This document shows, piece by piece, positions 1-9,690 of a stretch of 64,000 bases of DNA. Under the pieces are notes generated by a model that worked only from the letters and a program-made list of their open reading frames with translations, searched no databases and was not told the DNA's origin. The translations under genes and the position numbers were made by a program. The DNA comes from an uncultured Chloroflexia bacterium (GTDB lineage: Bacteria > Chloroflexota > Limnocylindria > Limnocylindrales > CSP1-4). The first letter of the stretch is position 1. Each line of letters opens with the position of its first letter. Location: positions 160,001 to 224,000 of the forward strand of contig CAVRGP010000006.1 in the NCBI GenBank assembly GCA_963720755.1, in the 5' to 3' direction.

Positions 1-196
1 CCGAACTCCGGGCGGCCGGTCGCTCTGGGCGCCGGTCGACCAGTCCTTGGATCGCGAGCCTGCACTCAATCCCTCGTGTTCTTGGCGAACGCGACGGACT
101 CCGCCACGCGCGCGACCGGGCCAGAGTACAACGCACCGCACCTTGCCGGCACGTCCCGACCCCGCCCCGGCGATCGCCGTGCGACAATCGCCGGCG

Positions 197-1393
197 ATGA
201 CCTCACGGCGCGACCCCCGCCGGACGCACGTCCGACCCCGCCCTCCTTCCGCCGGCCGACCCGCCCCCGACAAGGTGAAGACGCGCTCGCCAGGGCCTGA
301 GCGTCTCGCCCGTCATCGGCCGATGCAGCGGAACGGGATGCCTCTCATCGCCCGGCTCGGGTTCATCGTCGTCGTCGCCGCCCTGGGTGTCGGCGTGCTG
401 TACATCGGCATCAACGGGCTCGGGATCGTCGCGGGCAGCATCGGTTCGACCCTGTCGGGTTTCATGTCGGATGTGACGTCGACCCCGTCGCCGGTACCGT
501 CGGTCGCCGAGATCACGGACCCGCCGTCCATCGCCCAACCGCCGGAACCGTACACGACGCTCGATACCGTGGACCTCGAGGTGTCCGTCCAGCCGGGCCT
601 GGCCGGCAACCCGGACTACCGGATCAAGGTCTACCTGACCCTGCCCGACGGGGATCCGACCCCGATCGGCGACTCACCCATCGTCGATACCGCACGCACG
701 ATCATCCCGGTCCAGTTGTCCAAGGGGATCAATGACTTCTCGGCCACGATCGTCGGACCCGGCGGTCAGTCCGAGCCGTCGGCCACCGTCCGGTTCGTCT
801 TCGATGCGTCGGCCCCGAAGATCAACATCACGTCCCCGAAGAACAACGCGGTCGTCAACGGCAATCGGCTCAGGATCAAGGGCAAGACGCAGGCGCGTTC
901 CACTCTCCTCGCCCGAAACGAAACGAGTGGCTCATCGGTCGGTGGCACGGCCGGATCGGATGGCACCTTCAGCCTGGATCTGATCCTGGCCACCGGGATC
1001 AACAAGATCACCGTCACCAGCACGGACCCGGCCGGGAACACGGGGGAAACGCAGCTCACCGTCCGCCGTGGCTCGGGCCAGCTGACCGTCAATCTGACGT
1101 CGTCCGACTACCGGATCAGTCGCTCGTCCCTGCCCCAGGCCGTGACCCTGACGGCGACCGTCACGGATCCCGACGGGAAGGCGTTGGCCGGGGCGAACGT
1201 GACGTTCACGCTGAGCATCCCCGGCATCCCCACGATCACGATCGATGGCGTGACCGGAGCCAATGGGCGAGCCACGTTCCGGACGACCATCCCGAAGGGC
1301 GCCACCAAGGGCCAGGGCAATGCCACGGTCCTGGTGACTTCGACGGATTTCGGCTCGACCGAGGACTACACCGTCATCACGATCGTCAAGTAA
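197..1393 (+). CDS. Membrane-anchored protein with tandem Ig-like beta-sandwich domains
   Basis: Basic N-terminus, one TM (LGFIVVVAALGVGVLYIGI), S/P/T linker, then Thr/Gly-rich beta domains (PKINITSP..GINKITVTSTDPAGN; VTLTATVTDPDGKALAGANVTF). ATG 197 chosen, GACAAT -10 just upstream. Confidence 0.75.
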   Translation: MTSRRDPRRTHVRPRPPSAGRPAPDKVKTRSPGPERLARHRPMQRNGMPLIARLGFIVVVAALGVGVLYIGINGLGIVAGSIGSTLSGFMSDVTSTPSPVPSVAEITDPPSIAQPPEPYTTLDTVDLEVSVQPGLAGNPDYRIKVYLTLPDGDPTPIGDSPIVDTARTIIPVQLSKGINDFSATIVGPGGQSEPSATVRFVFDASAPKINITSPKNNAVVNGNRLRIKGKTQARSTLLARNETSGSSVGGTAGSDGTFSLDLILATGINKITVTSTDPAGNTGETQLTVRRGSGQLTVNLTSSDYRISRSSLPQAVTLTATVTDPDGKALAGANVTFTLSIPGIPTITIDGVTGANGRATFRTTIPKGATKGQGNATVLVTSTDFGSTEDYTVITIVK

Positions 1394-1438
1394 GGCGGTT
1401 CGGTCGACAAGCGCGGAACGGGCAGCTACCATCCCGGC

Positions 1439-1882
1439 ATGCCGATGTGGCGTTGCCCGCACTGCGGAACACCCCAGGCCGAGACGGCCCGATGCTGGGT
1501 CTGCCGGCGCTCCAGCACCGCCTGCTTCACCTGTCAGCAGTTCCGACGTTCGGTCGCGGGTCAGCTCGGCTACTGCGGGCTCGATCGGCAGCGGCGCCCG
1601 CTCCACGGTGACGAGATCCGGGCCTGCTGGGAAGCACGACGGGTCGTTGACGACGCACCGGCGCCCAACCTGGCGAGGCGGCCGCACGCTCCCGGGTCGA
1701 CCTCGTTCGACCGAACACCCGTTCGGCGGATCGAGTTCATCGAGGTGGGCATCGATCCAGCTACGGCCGCCGACCGCGACCAGCCGCAGGCCCACGCTCG
1801 GGTGCCCGTGCCAGTGACGGTGCCGGAGCCGGTCGGTCCTTCCGAGCCGGGCTGGAGCCTCTGGGGCGACGCCGAGTTCTGA
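1439..1882 (+). CDS. Cys-rich zinc-ribbon hypothetical protein
   Basis: CPHC..CWVC..CFTC..YC..C in the first 65 aa, low-complexity tail ending WSLWGD; TACCAT 6 nt before ATG. Confidence 0.7.
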   Translation: MPMWRCPHCGTPQAETARCWVCRRSSTACFTCQQFRRSVAGQLGYCGLDRQRRPLHGDEIRACWEARRVVDDAPAPNLARRPHAPGSTSFDRTPVRRIEFIEVGIDPATAADRDQPQAHARVPVPVTVPEPVGPSEPGWSLWGDAEF

Positions 1883-1901
1883 CCCGGGCCGATCCGAACG
1901 A

Positions 1902-3326
1902 CTAGAGGCCGGCGGGTCGGGTCCCGAGGGTCACCTGCACCGAGACGTGCGAGCCATCGCGCAGGATGTCGAGGGTCACCGTGTCGCCGGGCGAGAATTG
2001 GGCGAGGGTCGCGTCGAGTGGGTGCTCCGCATCGATGACCTTGCCGTCGACGCTGACGATGATGTCGCCGTCCTTCACGCCGGCGAGGTCAGCCGGCTTG
2101 CCGGGCACGACCCCGGACTGTTGCTGGCCGGTGTCGGGGTTGAAGCCGCGGACGAGCGCGCCAGCCTGGACCGGCAGGTTGTCCTGGTCGGCGATCTGCC
2201 TGGTGATCGACACGAAGGCGATGCCGAGGTACGGACGGGTCAGGGCCTGCCCGGCCACGGCCTGGGCCATGATCGGACGGGCGATGTCGATCGGGATGGC
2301 GAAACCGATCCCATTGCTGTTCGAGGCGATCGCCGTATTGATGCCGATGACGTTCCCGCCGGCATCCAGGAGCGGCCCGCCGGAGTTGCCCGGATTGATG
2401 GCCGCATCGGTCTGGATGAGATTGGACAGCTGTTCGTTGTTGTCGGTCGTGATCGATCGGCCCTTGGCCGAGACGATGCCGCTGGTGACCGAATTCGAGT
2501 AGGTCCCGAGCGGGCTGCCGATGGCGACGACGAGCTGTCCGACCTGGAGCGCGTCCGACTCACCGATCGCGGCATATGGCAGCCCGGTCTCGTCGACCTT
2601 CACGATGGCCAGGTCGGTCAGGGTATCGATGCCGTAGACGTGCCCCTGGAGGACGCGCCCATCGCTGAGCTCGACGTCGAACTGGGTGCCGCCCTCGACG
2701 ACATGATGGTTGGTCAGGATCCAGCCATTGCTATCGAAGATCACCCCTGACCCCACGCCCGTCGGGGGGATGACGCCGAGATTCCCGATGTTGGACGTTC
2801 CCTTCACCGTGATCTTCACGACCGCCGGGCTGACCTTGGCCGCGACCGCGATCGTCGCCGACGACTCGTCGATGGCGACCGGCTGCACGGCTCCGGTGTT
2901 CGACCCCTGGCTGGCCGCCGGGACGGTGACGGTCTGCTGGTCGAAGGCACCGGTCGCGTTCAGGGCGACCACCGTTCCGCCAGAGGCGAGTACGGCCGAC
3001 AGCAGTGACGCGGCGAGCAGGGAACCCGTCCCGGAGCGGCCCCTCGACGGGTTCGTCGGTGGCGGGGGTGCTGTCTCCGCCGGCGTCGCGGCCGGCTCAT
3101 ACCATCGTTCGGGGGTCACGGGCGGGGCCTCATCCCAGGAACGCGCCCAATCGGACCGCGTCTCGGGGGCTGGGGTATACCGGTCGGCCGGCGACGCATC
3201 GCCCGGTCCGATCGGTTCGATCGCAGCCGCGGGCTCGAGCGGAGTTGCCGGCTCGGTGGGCACGGTCTCCTGTCGCTGGGTCAGATCGCCCGGATCGGCG
3301 CCGTCGTGGTTCGGATCTTCGTACAT
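1902..3326 (-). CDS. htrA: HtrA/DegP-family serine protease (TM, trypsin, PDZ)
   Basis: GVGSG, ILTNHHVV, DLAIVKV, IQTDAAINPGNSGGPL, C-terminal PDZ; start moved to MYEDP. Confidence 0.93.
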   Translation of the reverse strand: MYEDPNHDGADPGDLTQRQETVPTEPATPLEPAAAIEPIGPGDASPADRYTPAPETRSDWARSWDEAPPVTPERWYEPAATPAETAPPPPTNPSRGRSGTGSLLAASLLSAVLASGGTVVALNATGAFDQQTVTVPAASQGSNTGAVQPVAIDESSATIAVAAKVSPAVVKITVKGTSNIGNLGVIPPTGVGSGVIFDSNGWILTNHHVVEGGTQFDVELSDGRVLQGHVYGIDTLTDLAIVKVDETGLPYAAIGESDALQVGQLVVAIGSPLGTYSNSVTSGIVSAKGRSITTDNNEQLSNLIQTDAAINPGNSGGPLLDAGGNVIGINTAIASNSNGIGFAIPIDIARPIMAQAVAGQALTRPYLGIAFVSITRQIADQDNLPVQAGALVRGFNPDTGQQQSGVVPGKPADLAGVKDGDIIVSVDGKVIDAEHPLDATLAQFSPGDTVTLDILRDGSHVSVQVTLGTRPAGL

Positions 3327-3387
3327 GGTGCTCGGGATCCCTTCGGGTGGGTCGGCCGGTGAGCGACCGCGGGCGGGCGTGCTGGTT

Positions 3388-5097
3388 TCAGGGTGCGGGT
3401 TCTGGGTTGACCTTCGGTCGCTCGGACGGTGAAGTTTCCTGCATGTTCGTCGGCGTCTGATCGTGATCGCGGTCGTCGCGCGTCCCGGCATCCGCCACCG
3501 ATGCCACCACGGCTCGTTCGGCGGCCGGGCTCCCCTCCACCAGGCGTGGGTCGCGCGGGAGGGTCACCGTGAAGCGGGTCCCGCGCCCGATCCGGCTCTC
3601 CACCTCGATCGCACCTCCGTGCATATCGACGATGGAGTGGACGATCGCCAGACCGAGCCCGCTGCCGCTGCCGCGGGCCTCATTCAGGCGCGACCCGCGG
3701 TAGAAGCGCTCGAAGATGTGGGGCAGCTCCCCGGGCTCGATCCCGACGCCGCTGTCGGTGACCTCGATCCGTGCCCCGCCGGGTGTCGCGGCGACGTCGA
3801 CCGCCACAGCGCCGCCGCGCGGCGTGAACTTGATGGCGTTGGCGACGAGATTGGCGACGACCTGACCGATCCGCTGCGGATCGTGGCGAACCCGGATCGG
3901 GGTGTCCGGGAGATGCATGGACAGGTTGACGCCCCGGCGTGTGGCGGCCGCTGCCGCCTGCTCGACCGCGGATTCGACCGCTGCCCGGAGATCATCCGGC
4001 CGAAGATCGAGCAGGACGAGACCCGAGTCGAGCTTCGACAGTTCGAGCAGGTTCTGGGCCAGCCAGTCGAGTCGCTCGATCTGCTGGCCGCTCAATTCGA
4101 GGAATTCTGCCCGCGCGTCGGGATCGTCGGCGGCACCCTCGGTGAGGAGTTCATTGAACGTGCGCAGGGCGGCCAGCGGGGTGCGCAACTCGTGCGACAC
4201 GTCGGCCAGGAAATCGCGACTCCGGTCCCGGTCGTGGCGGATGATCTCCACGCTTTCCTGGAGACGATCGGCCATCGCGTTGAACTGGAGCGCGAGTTCC
4301 GCCAGCTCGGACGATCCCGCGCGGACCTCGTTGGCCGGGACCCGCCGGTCGAGGTCGCCCTCGGCCAGGCCCCGGGACGCTTCGGTCAGCCGCCGGAGCG
4401 GGGTCGTGAAGCGGCGGGCCATCACCGCCGACACCAGCACGCTCAGGAGCATGGCGAACAGGGCGACGGCACCGAGCAGCGCGGTGACGTTGGCCAGCGC
4501 CGTCGCCCGGAAGGTGTAGGGGTTGGCCAAGACGACCTCGAGCGCATAGGGCGTGTAAATGCCACCGGCACCGTACAGGTAGGGGTACGTGACATCTCGC
4601 TCCTGCGTCTGACCGGGGGCCGGGGCCGCCTGGAGGGGCAGGAACATCGAATCGTCGACGGCCGGCACGAACGTCCGCACCTCGCCCTCGGCCACGGATC
4701 GACCGAAGGTGATCTCGACGTCGGCTTGGCCGAGGAGGTTGGCGATGAGGCCCTGGAGCGACGGATCGGACATGGCTTCGAGCACGGCGGGATCGATCTT
4801 CCCGTCGATCCCGACCACTGGCCGGCCATCGGCCGCGCCCGCCGCGATCCCGGTGACGAATGCTGCGACCGACCGAGACCGCTGTTCCAGGTCGTTCGTC
4901 TGCTGGGTCGTGAAGTAGTCGTCCAGCCGGTTGATGACGAGGATGGTGACGAGCGACAGGGTGAGCGCGACCACGAACAGGAACGCGCCGGTCAGCCGAC
5001 CCTGGAACGTCCGTGGCAGGAGCCGGCGCAATCGGTGCGGGAGGTGGATCGGCCCCTCCGCCGGGGGATCAGCGCTCGGCGAACGCGTAGCCGACAC
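3388..5097 (-). CDS. HAMP sensor histidine kinase (HisKA)
   Basis: Two TMs, HAMP, DVSHELRTPL H-box, NLVANAIKF, DSGVGI, GSGLGL. Confidence 0.95.
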   Translation of the reverse strand: MSATRSPSADPPAEGPIHLPHRLRRLLPRTFQGRLTGAFLFVVALTLSLVTILVINRLDDYFTTQQTNDLEQRSRSVAAFVTGIAAGAADGRPVVGIDGKIDPAVLEAMSDPSLQGLIANLLGQADVEITFGRSVAEGEVRTFVPAVDDSMFLPLQAAPAPGQTQERDVTYPYLYGAGGIYTPYALEVVLANPYTFRATALANVTALLGAVALFAMLLSVLVSAVMARRFTTPLRRLTEASRGLAEGDLDRRVPANEVRAGSSELAELALQFNAMADRLQESVEIIRHDRDRSRDFLADVSHELRTPLAALRTFNELLTEGAADDPDARAEFLELSGQQIERLDWLAQNLLELSKLDSGLVLLDLRPDDLRAAVESAVEQAAAAATRRGVNLSMHLPDTPIRVRHDPQRIGQVVANLVANAIKFTPRGGAVAVDVAATPGGARIEVTDSGVGIEPGELPHIFERFYRGSRLNEARGSGSGLGLAIVHSIVDMHGGAIEVESRIGRGTRFTVTLPRDPRLVEGSPAAERAVVASVADAGTRDDRDHDQTPTNMQETSPSERPKVNPEPAP

Positions 5098-5767
5098 CTC
5101 GGACCGTCAGGACGAACGCGGGCGTGGCCGGATCATCCTCGATCTTCTCGCGCAGGTGGCTGACGTGGACGTTGATCGTCTTCTCGTCCTGATCGAGCGC
5201 CTCGTAGTCGCGCAGCAGTTCGAGCAGCTCCGACCGAGTGTAGACGCGCCCCGGACGGGAGGCGAGATGACGAAGGATCTCGAACTCGGTCGGCGTCAGG
5301 CTGATCCGTCGGTCCCCTCGCTGGACGCGCCGACGTTCGAGGTCGATGAGGAGATCGCGATGACGGATCACCCGACCGCCGACGGCATCGGACAGGTCGC
5401 CATACGAACGCCGAAGGAGCGCCTTGATCCGGCTCATCAGCTCCCGCAGACCGAACGGCTTGGTCAGGTAGTCGTCGGCGCCAAGCTCGAGCCCGATGAC
5501 CTTGTCCACCTCGTCATCCCGAGCCGTCAGGACCAGGACCGGCATCTTCGCGCCGGCCGCCCGCAGGCGCCGGAGGACTTCGAACCCGTCCATGCCCGGC
5601 AGTCGGACGTCGAGCACGACGAGATCCGGCGCCTGCCGGGTCGCGATCTCAAGGCCTTCTTCGCCCGACCGCGCGACGGCGACCTCATAGCCCTCCTGCT
5701 GGAGGGCATACTGGATCCCGCGAGCGACGGCGTGCTCGTCTTCGACGATGAGGATGGTGGCTGCCAC
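5069..5767 (-). CDS. OmpR-family response regulator
   Basis: ILIVEDE, LDVRLP, GADDYLTKPF, wHTH ending TVRGVGY. Confidence 0.96.
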   Translation of the reverse strand: MAATILIVEDEHAVARGIQYALQQEGYEVAVARSGEEGLEIATRQAPDLVVLDVRLPGMDGFEVLRRLRAAGAKMPVLVLTARDDEVDKVIGLELGADDYLTKPFGLRELMSRIKALLRRSYGDLSDAVGGRVIRHRDLLIDLERRRVQRGDRRISLTPTEFEILRHLASRPGRVYTRSELLELLRDYEALDQDEKTINVHVSHLREKIEDDPATPAFVLTVRGVGYAFAER

Positions 5768-5926
5768 GACGGGATGCTACACCGGCTGAGCGAAATGCCC
5801 CGGTGCGGTCATGGCGGGCGGGCCGTGGTACCCTATCGGACGCTACCGGGCGCCTCGCCACTCCGGCCCCGCCGGCGAGCCGCTGCCCGATCGAAGACAC
5901 CACCAGCTCCTGAGGTTCCAAACGAC

Positions 5927-6604
5927 ATGTCCACCGCCCGCGCGACGCTCGCCGCCGAACATCGCGACGTGACCGGCAAGAAGGTCGCCCGAATCCGCCA
6001 GGCCGGCCGGTTGCCGGCCGTCGTCTACGGTCACGGCGAGCCATCGGACAACATCTCCATCGACGCCCACGAGTTCGAGCAACTCCGCCGACACTCCGGG
6101 CCGAACGCCCTCGTCGACCTGTCGGTCGACGGTGCGGCGACCCGCCCGGTCCTCGTGTCGTCCATCCAGGTGCATCCGGTCAACCGCCGGACCATCCATG
6201 TCGACCTGTTCCTCGTTCGCATGACCGAGGAGCTGACCGTGGACGTGCCGCTCGTGGCGACCGGCGATTCGCCTGCGGTCTCGCTGCAGGGCGGAACGCT
6301 CCTGCATCCCATCGAGTCGGTGCGGATCCGGGCGCTTCCGGATCGCCTGCCGCAGTCGATCGAATACTCGGTCGAGTCGCTGATGGACTTCGACGCGACG
6401 ATCCATGTCCGCGACCTCGCCATCCCGAGCGATGTGACGCTCGTGACCGACGGGGACGACATCATCGCCAAGGTCCAGCCGCCGCGAGTCGAGGAGGCTC
6501 CGGTCGTGGAAGCCGAGATCGGCGAAGGGGCGCCGGAAGAAGGCGAGGGCGGCGAGTCCGACGCATCGGCCGACGGCGAGTCAGAGACCTCGACGGAGGG
6601 CTGA
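5927..6604 (+). CDS. rplY: 50S ribosomal protein L25 (long Ctc/TL5 type)
   Basis: RIRQAGRLPAVVYG, IQVHPV..IHVDL, acidic tail; GAGG RBS before ATG 5927. Confidence 0.93.
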   Translation: MSTARATLAAEHRDVTGKKVARIRQAGRLPAVVYGHGEPSDNISIDAHEFEQLRRHSGPNALVDLSVDGAATRPVLVSSIQVHPVNRRTIHVDLFLVRMTEELTVDVPLVATGDSPAVSLQGGTLLHPIESVRIRALPDRLPQSIEYSVESLMDFDATIHVRDLAIPSDVTLVTDGDDIIAKVQPPRVEEAPVVEAEIGEGAPEEGEGGESDASADGESETSTEG

Positions 6605-6610
6605 TCCAAG

Positions 6611-6672
6611 CCGTTCAGCCCGAGCGACGACCGTTCACCCCGAGCGACGACCGTTCACCGCGAGCGACGACC
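6611..6672. repeat. 20-bp tandem repeat, 3 copies (ccgttcaScScgagcgacga)
   Basis: Units at 6611, 6631 and 6651 read directly; the third overlaps the methyltransferase stop codon. Confidence 0.9.
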
Positions 6673-7476
6673 CAGGGCGAACACGATCGGGAACCGCATC
6701 GTCATCTCGTCGGTCGAGAGATCGTCCAGCCGCCTGCGCAAGCGGTCGATCAGCCGTACCCGGACCTCGGGCTTGAGCTCGTCGAAGTAGGTCTCCTCGT
6801 CGAACTCCGTCAGGAACGACACGTAGCTCTCGACCGTGAATCGATGGATCAATTCACCCGGCCGAGCGCTGGCGCCCGCGAAACCCGCGCGACGTAACTC
6901 ACCGACCGCACGGGCGACCGACGGGATGTCCCCCGAGCGACCATCGACGAGGTGTCGTTCCAGCCCGAGCTCACCGAGTACTTCGCCGAAGACCTGGTCG
7001 GGCACGAACCGGCCGTCATCCTCCAACCAGCAGACATACGCGAACAGACCACCCGGTCGCAGGATCCGGCGGACCTCCCGCAGGACCCTGGCACGGTTGG
7101 ACACGAGCTGAACGACGTACGACGAAAGCGCCAGATCGAAACGGCCTTCCTCGAACGGCAGTGTCTCGGCCAAGGTTCGCTGGATCTCGAACCGCGATCG
7201 ATCGGCCGGCTCGAGCGCGGCATCGGCCGCGGCTTCCGCGAGTGTCAGCATCCCGGCCGAGGCGTCGATACCGACGACACGTGCGGCAGGCCAGCGAGCC
7301 AGGGCCAGGAGCGCCAGCTGGCCGGTCCCCGTCCCGACGTCGAGGATCAGGTCCGGTTCGGTCAGGTGAGGCCGGATCTCGTCGACGAGCTCCGCGACGG
7401 TCGGGGCGAGCACCGGTGCCCACCAACGGGCGTAGGCGTGAGCGACGCCGTCGTACCGTTCACCATGGTCCGTCAT
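6655..7476 (-). CDS. Class I SAM-dependent methyltransferase
   Basis: ILDVGTGTG, GIDAS, LPFEEGRFD, LRPGG. Confidence 0.92.
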   Translation of the reverse strand: MTDHGERYDGVAHAYARWWAPVLAPTVAELVDEIRPHLTEPDLILDVGTGTGQLALLALARWPAARVVGIDASAGMLTLAEAAADAALEPADRSRFEIQRTLAETLPFEEGRFDLALSSYVVQLVSNRARVLREVRRILRPGGLFAYVCWLEDDGRFVPDQVFGEVLGELGLERHLVDGRSGDIPSVARAVGELRRAGFAGASARPGELIHRFTVESYVSFLTEFDEETYFDELKPEVRVRLIDRLRRRLDDLSTDEMTMRFPIVFALGRRSR

Positions 7477-7507
7477 CGGACCATGGTGCCACGTGGAGGA
7501 GGCGCTC

Positions 7508-8470
7508 TCAGCTCTCGCCGACCACCGGTGCGGCCGGGGGCGGACCGGCGGACACCCGGCGCCCGATCCCGAGGCGGCGGGCGATCCCGACGACCACCAG
7601 CGTGATCAGCCCGAGCACGAGCAGGATCGGCAGCCACACGATGACGAACCAGATCGAGGCCGTGGCCACGCCCTGGACGACGGAGACCGATGTCGCCAGC
7701 GCCGAGTCGACGATCGCGGCCGGATCCCAGCCGTTGGTGGCGGCCGTCACGGCCACGACCGGGACGTTGAAGTCGACGGCCAGCTCCGAGAACGCGGCCC
7801 GGTCGTTGAGATCCTTGCGCTGGGCGTCGAGTGATTCGATCTGACCGCGCGTGTCGGTCAACCTCGCCTCGACCTCGAGAACATCGCTGACCTTGTTCGC
7901 CTGTGCCGCGATCGCCTGCAGGGCGGTCTCGCTGGCCCGCAGGTTGGCGATCCGGGCGTCGAGATCGACGATCTGACTGGTCACTTCGACGGCATTGGTC
8001 TGCTCATGGACGACCTTGGCGGTCAGGCCACCGAGCGTTCGAAGGGCGTCGAGGGCCTGCTCCCAGCGGTCGACAGGGATGCGATAGGTGATCTGGGCTG
8101 AAGGTCGATCGCCTTCATTGCTCGTCGATGAGGCACCGACGTACCCGCCGAGGCCGATGATCGCATCGCGGGCGGCCCGGACCGCTGACGGGACATCGCT
8201 GACGTCGAGCGACATCGTCCCGGTGCGGACGATCTTCGCGTCATCGACCGCGGCGAGCTGCCCGCCACCGCCGACCGGGTCCGACCCCGACTTCCCGATC
8301 TCGGGGGCCGGGATCCCGCCGGCGGGTACGGCACCGTCGCGAAGCGGGGCGCTTCCCGACTGGTCGACCGGCCCACCGACGGTGTCGAGGACGGACGACG
8401 CGGAACCGGCGCAGGCGGCCACGAACAGGCCGATGAGGAGCAAGGCGAGGAACGAACGGATTGGGCGCAT
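7508..8470 (-). CDS. DUF4349-family lipoprotein
   Basis: Lipobox FVAAC, KIVRTG, ITYRIP, coiled coil (VDLDARIANL..IESL), C-terminal TM; GGAGG RBS. Confidence 0.85.
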   Translation of the reverse strand: MRPIRSFLALLLIGLFVAACAGSASSVLDTVGGPVDQSGSAPLRDGAVPAGGIPAPEIGKSGSDPVGGGGQLAAVDDAKIVRTGTMSLDVSDVPSAVRAARDAIIGLGGYVGASSTSNEGDRPSAQITYRIPVDRWEQALDALRTLGGLTAKVVHEQTNAVEVTSQIVDLDARIANLRASETALQAIAAQANKVSDVLEVEARLTDTRGQIESLDAQRKDLNDRAAFSELAVDFNVPVVAVTAATNGWDPAAIVDSALATSVSVVQGVATASIWFVIVWLPILLVLGLITLVVVGIARRLGIGRRVSAGPPPAAPVVGES

Positions 8471-8522
8471 GGAACGGACCTCCCGTAGCGCCTGCGACCT
8501 GGTCGGCCGGGCGGCTCAGTCG

Positions 8523-8549
8523 AGACGCGATCGGCCCTTGCCTGGTTCC
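8523..8549 (-). promoter_or_regulatory. ECF-sigma-type promoter of the DUF4349 gene
   Basis: Minus strand GGAACC-N16-CGTCT matches the general ECF GGAAC/CGTC consensus. Confidence 0.55.
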
Positions 8550-8595
8550 GCCGACGGGTCGCCGGTCGTCGGCTACGGGGCGGTATCGTTGACGC

Positions 8596-9690
8596 GTGGC
8601 ACTCCCGTTCGACCCCCCGCTCGAGCCGATGCTGGCCAAGGCCGTCCCCGACCTGCCGACCGGCGACGAATGGCTGTTCGAACCCAAGTGGGACGGCTTC
8701 CGGGCCCTGGTCTTCCGGGACGGCGACGAGGTCTACATCCAGTCACGTGACCTCAAGCCCCTCGACCGGTACTTCCCGGAGCTGGCCGATCCACTCCGGG
8801 CGGCGCTCCCCGAGCGATGCGTTTTGGACGGTGAAGTCGTCATCGCGCGGGATGGCGCGCTCGCCTTCGAAGCGCTGCTCCTGCGGATCCACCCGGCCGC
8901 GTCGCGGGTTCGGATGCTGGCGACCGAGTCACCGGCCAGCTTCATCGCCTGGGACCTGCTCGCGCTCGGCGACGACGACCTCAGGTCGGTGCCCCAGGGC
9001 GAGCGTCGGGCCAGACTCGAAGCCGTCCTCGGTGGCGCCCGCGCCCCCGTTCACCTGACCCCGGCCACCCGCGACCGGGCAACGGCCGCCGACTGGTTCG
9101 AGCGATTCGAGGGTGCGGGTCTCGATGGGGTCGTCGCCAAGCGCCTCGATGCCGCCTATCAGCCGGGCAAGCGGGCGATGCTCAAGATCAAGCACCAGCG
9201 CACCGCCGATTGTGTCGTCGCCGGCTTCCGCTGGCACAAGAACGGCCCGGGCACGCACGTCGGTTCATTGCTGCTGGGCCTGTACGACGATGCGGGAACG
9301 CTCCACCACGTCGGGATCACGGCGTCGTTCACCTGGGAGCGGCGAGCCGATCTTGCCGCGGAACTGGCACCGCTCCGCGACGGGGCCTTCGACGCCCATC
9401 CGTGGCGCGAGTGGGCGGAATGGGCGTCGACGGGCGATGGCGAGGCGTCGGGCCAGCGACTCCCGGGTGCGACCTCGCGCTGGAACCGCGGCAAGGACCT
9501 GTCCTGGGAGCCGCTCCGGATCGAGCGGGTCGCCGAAGTCGCCTACGACCACCTCCAGGGCGATCGTTTCCGCCACGCGACGACGTTCAAGCGCTGGCGA
9601 CCGGACAAGCCGACCGACGCCTGTCGCTACGACCAACTCGAGGTGACCGCGCCGTTCCTGCTGGCGAGCATCTTCGGAACGACCGGCTGA
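8596..9690 (+). CDS. ligC: ATP-dependent DNA ligase, LigC type
   Basis: EPKWDGFR (KxDG), VLDGEVV, GLDGVVAK, MLKIKH, RFRH..WRPDK. Confidence 0.92.
   Translation: MALPFDPPLEPMLAKAVPDLPTGDEWLFEPKWDGFRALVFRDGDEVYIQSRDLKPLDRYFPELADPLRAALPERCVLDGEVVIARDGALAFEALLLRIHPAASRVRMLATESPASFIAWDLLALGDDDLRSVPQGERRARLEAVLGGARAPVHLTPATRDRATAADWFERFEGAGLDGVVAKRLDAAYQPGKRAMLKIKHQRTADCVVAGFRWHKNGPGTHVGSLLLGLYDDAGTLHHVGITASFTWERRADLAAELAPLRDGAFDAHPWREWAEWASTGDGEASGQRLPGATSRWNRGKDLSWEPLRIERVAEVAYDHLQGDRFRHATTFKRWRPDKPTDACRYDQLEVTAPFLLASIFGTTG

Noticed and set aside
1-66. Possible start of a divergent minus-strand gene (MQARDPRTG...)
   Set aside because: Too little sequence to support a call.
6611-6672. Possible CRISPR mini-array
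   Set aside because: Units are contiguous with no spacers and there are no cas genes.
8528-8542. Exact 15-bp match (cgatcggcccttgcc) to 18487-18501
   Set aside because: Here it lies in an ECF promoter spacer with only half the palindrome; likely chance at this GC content.
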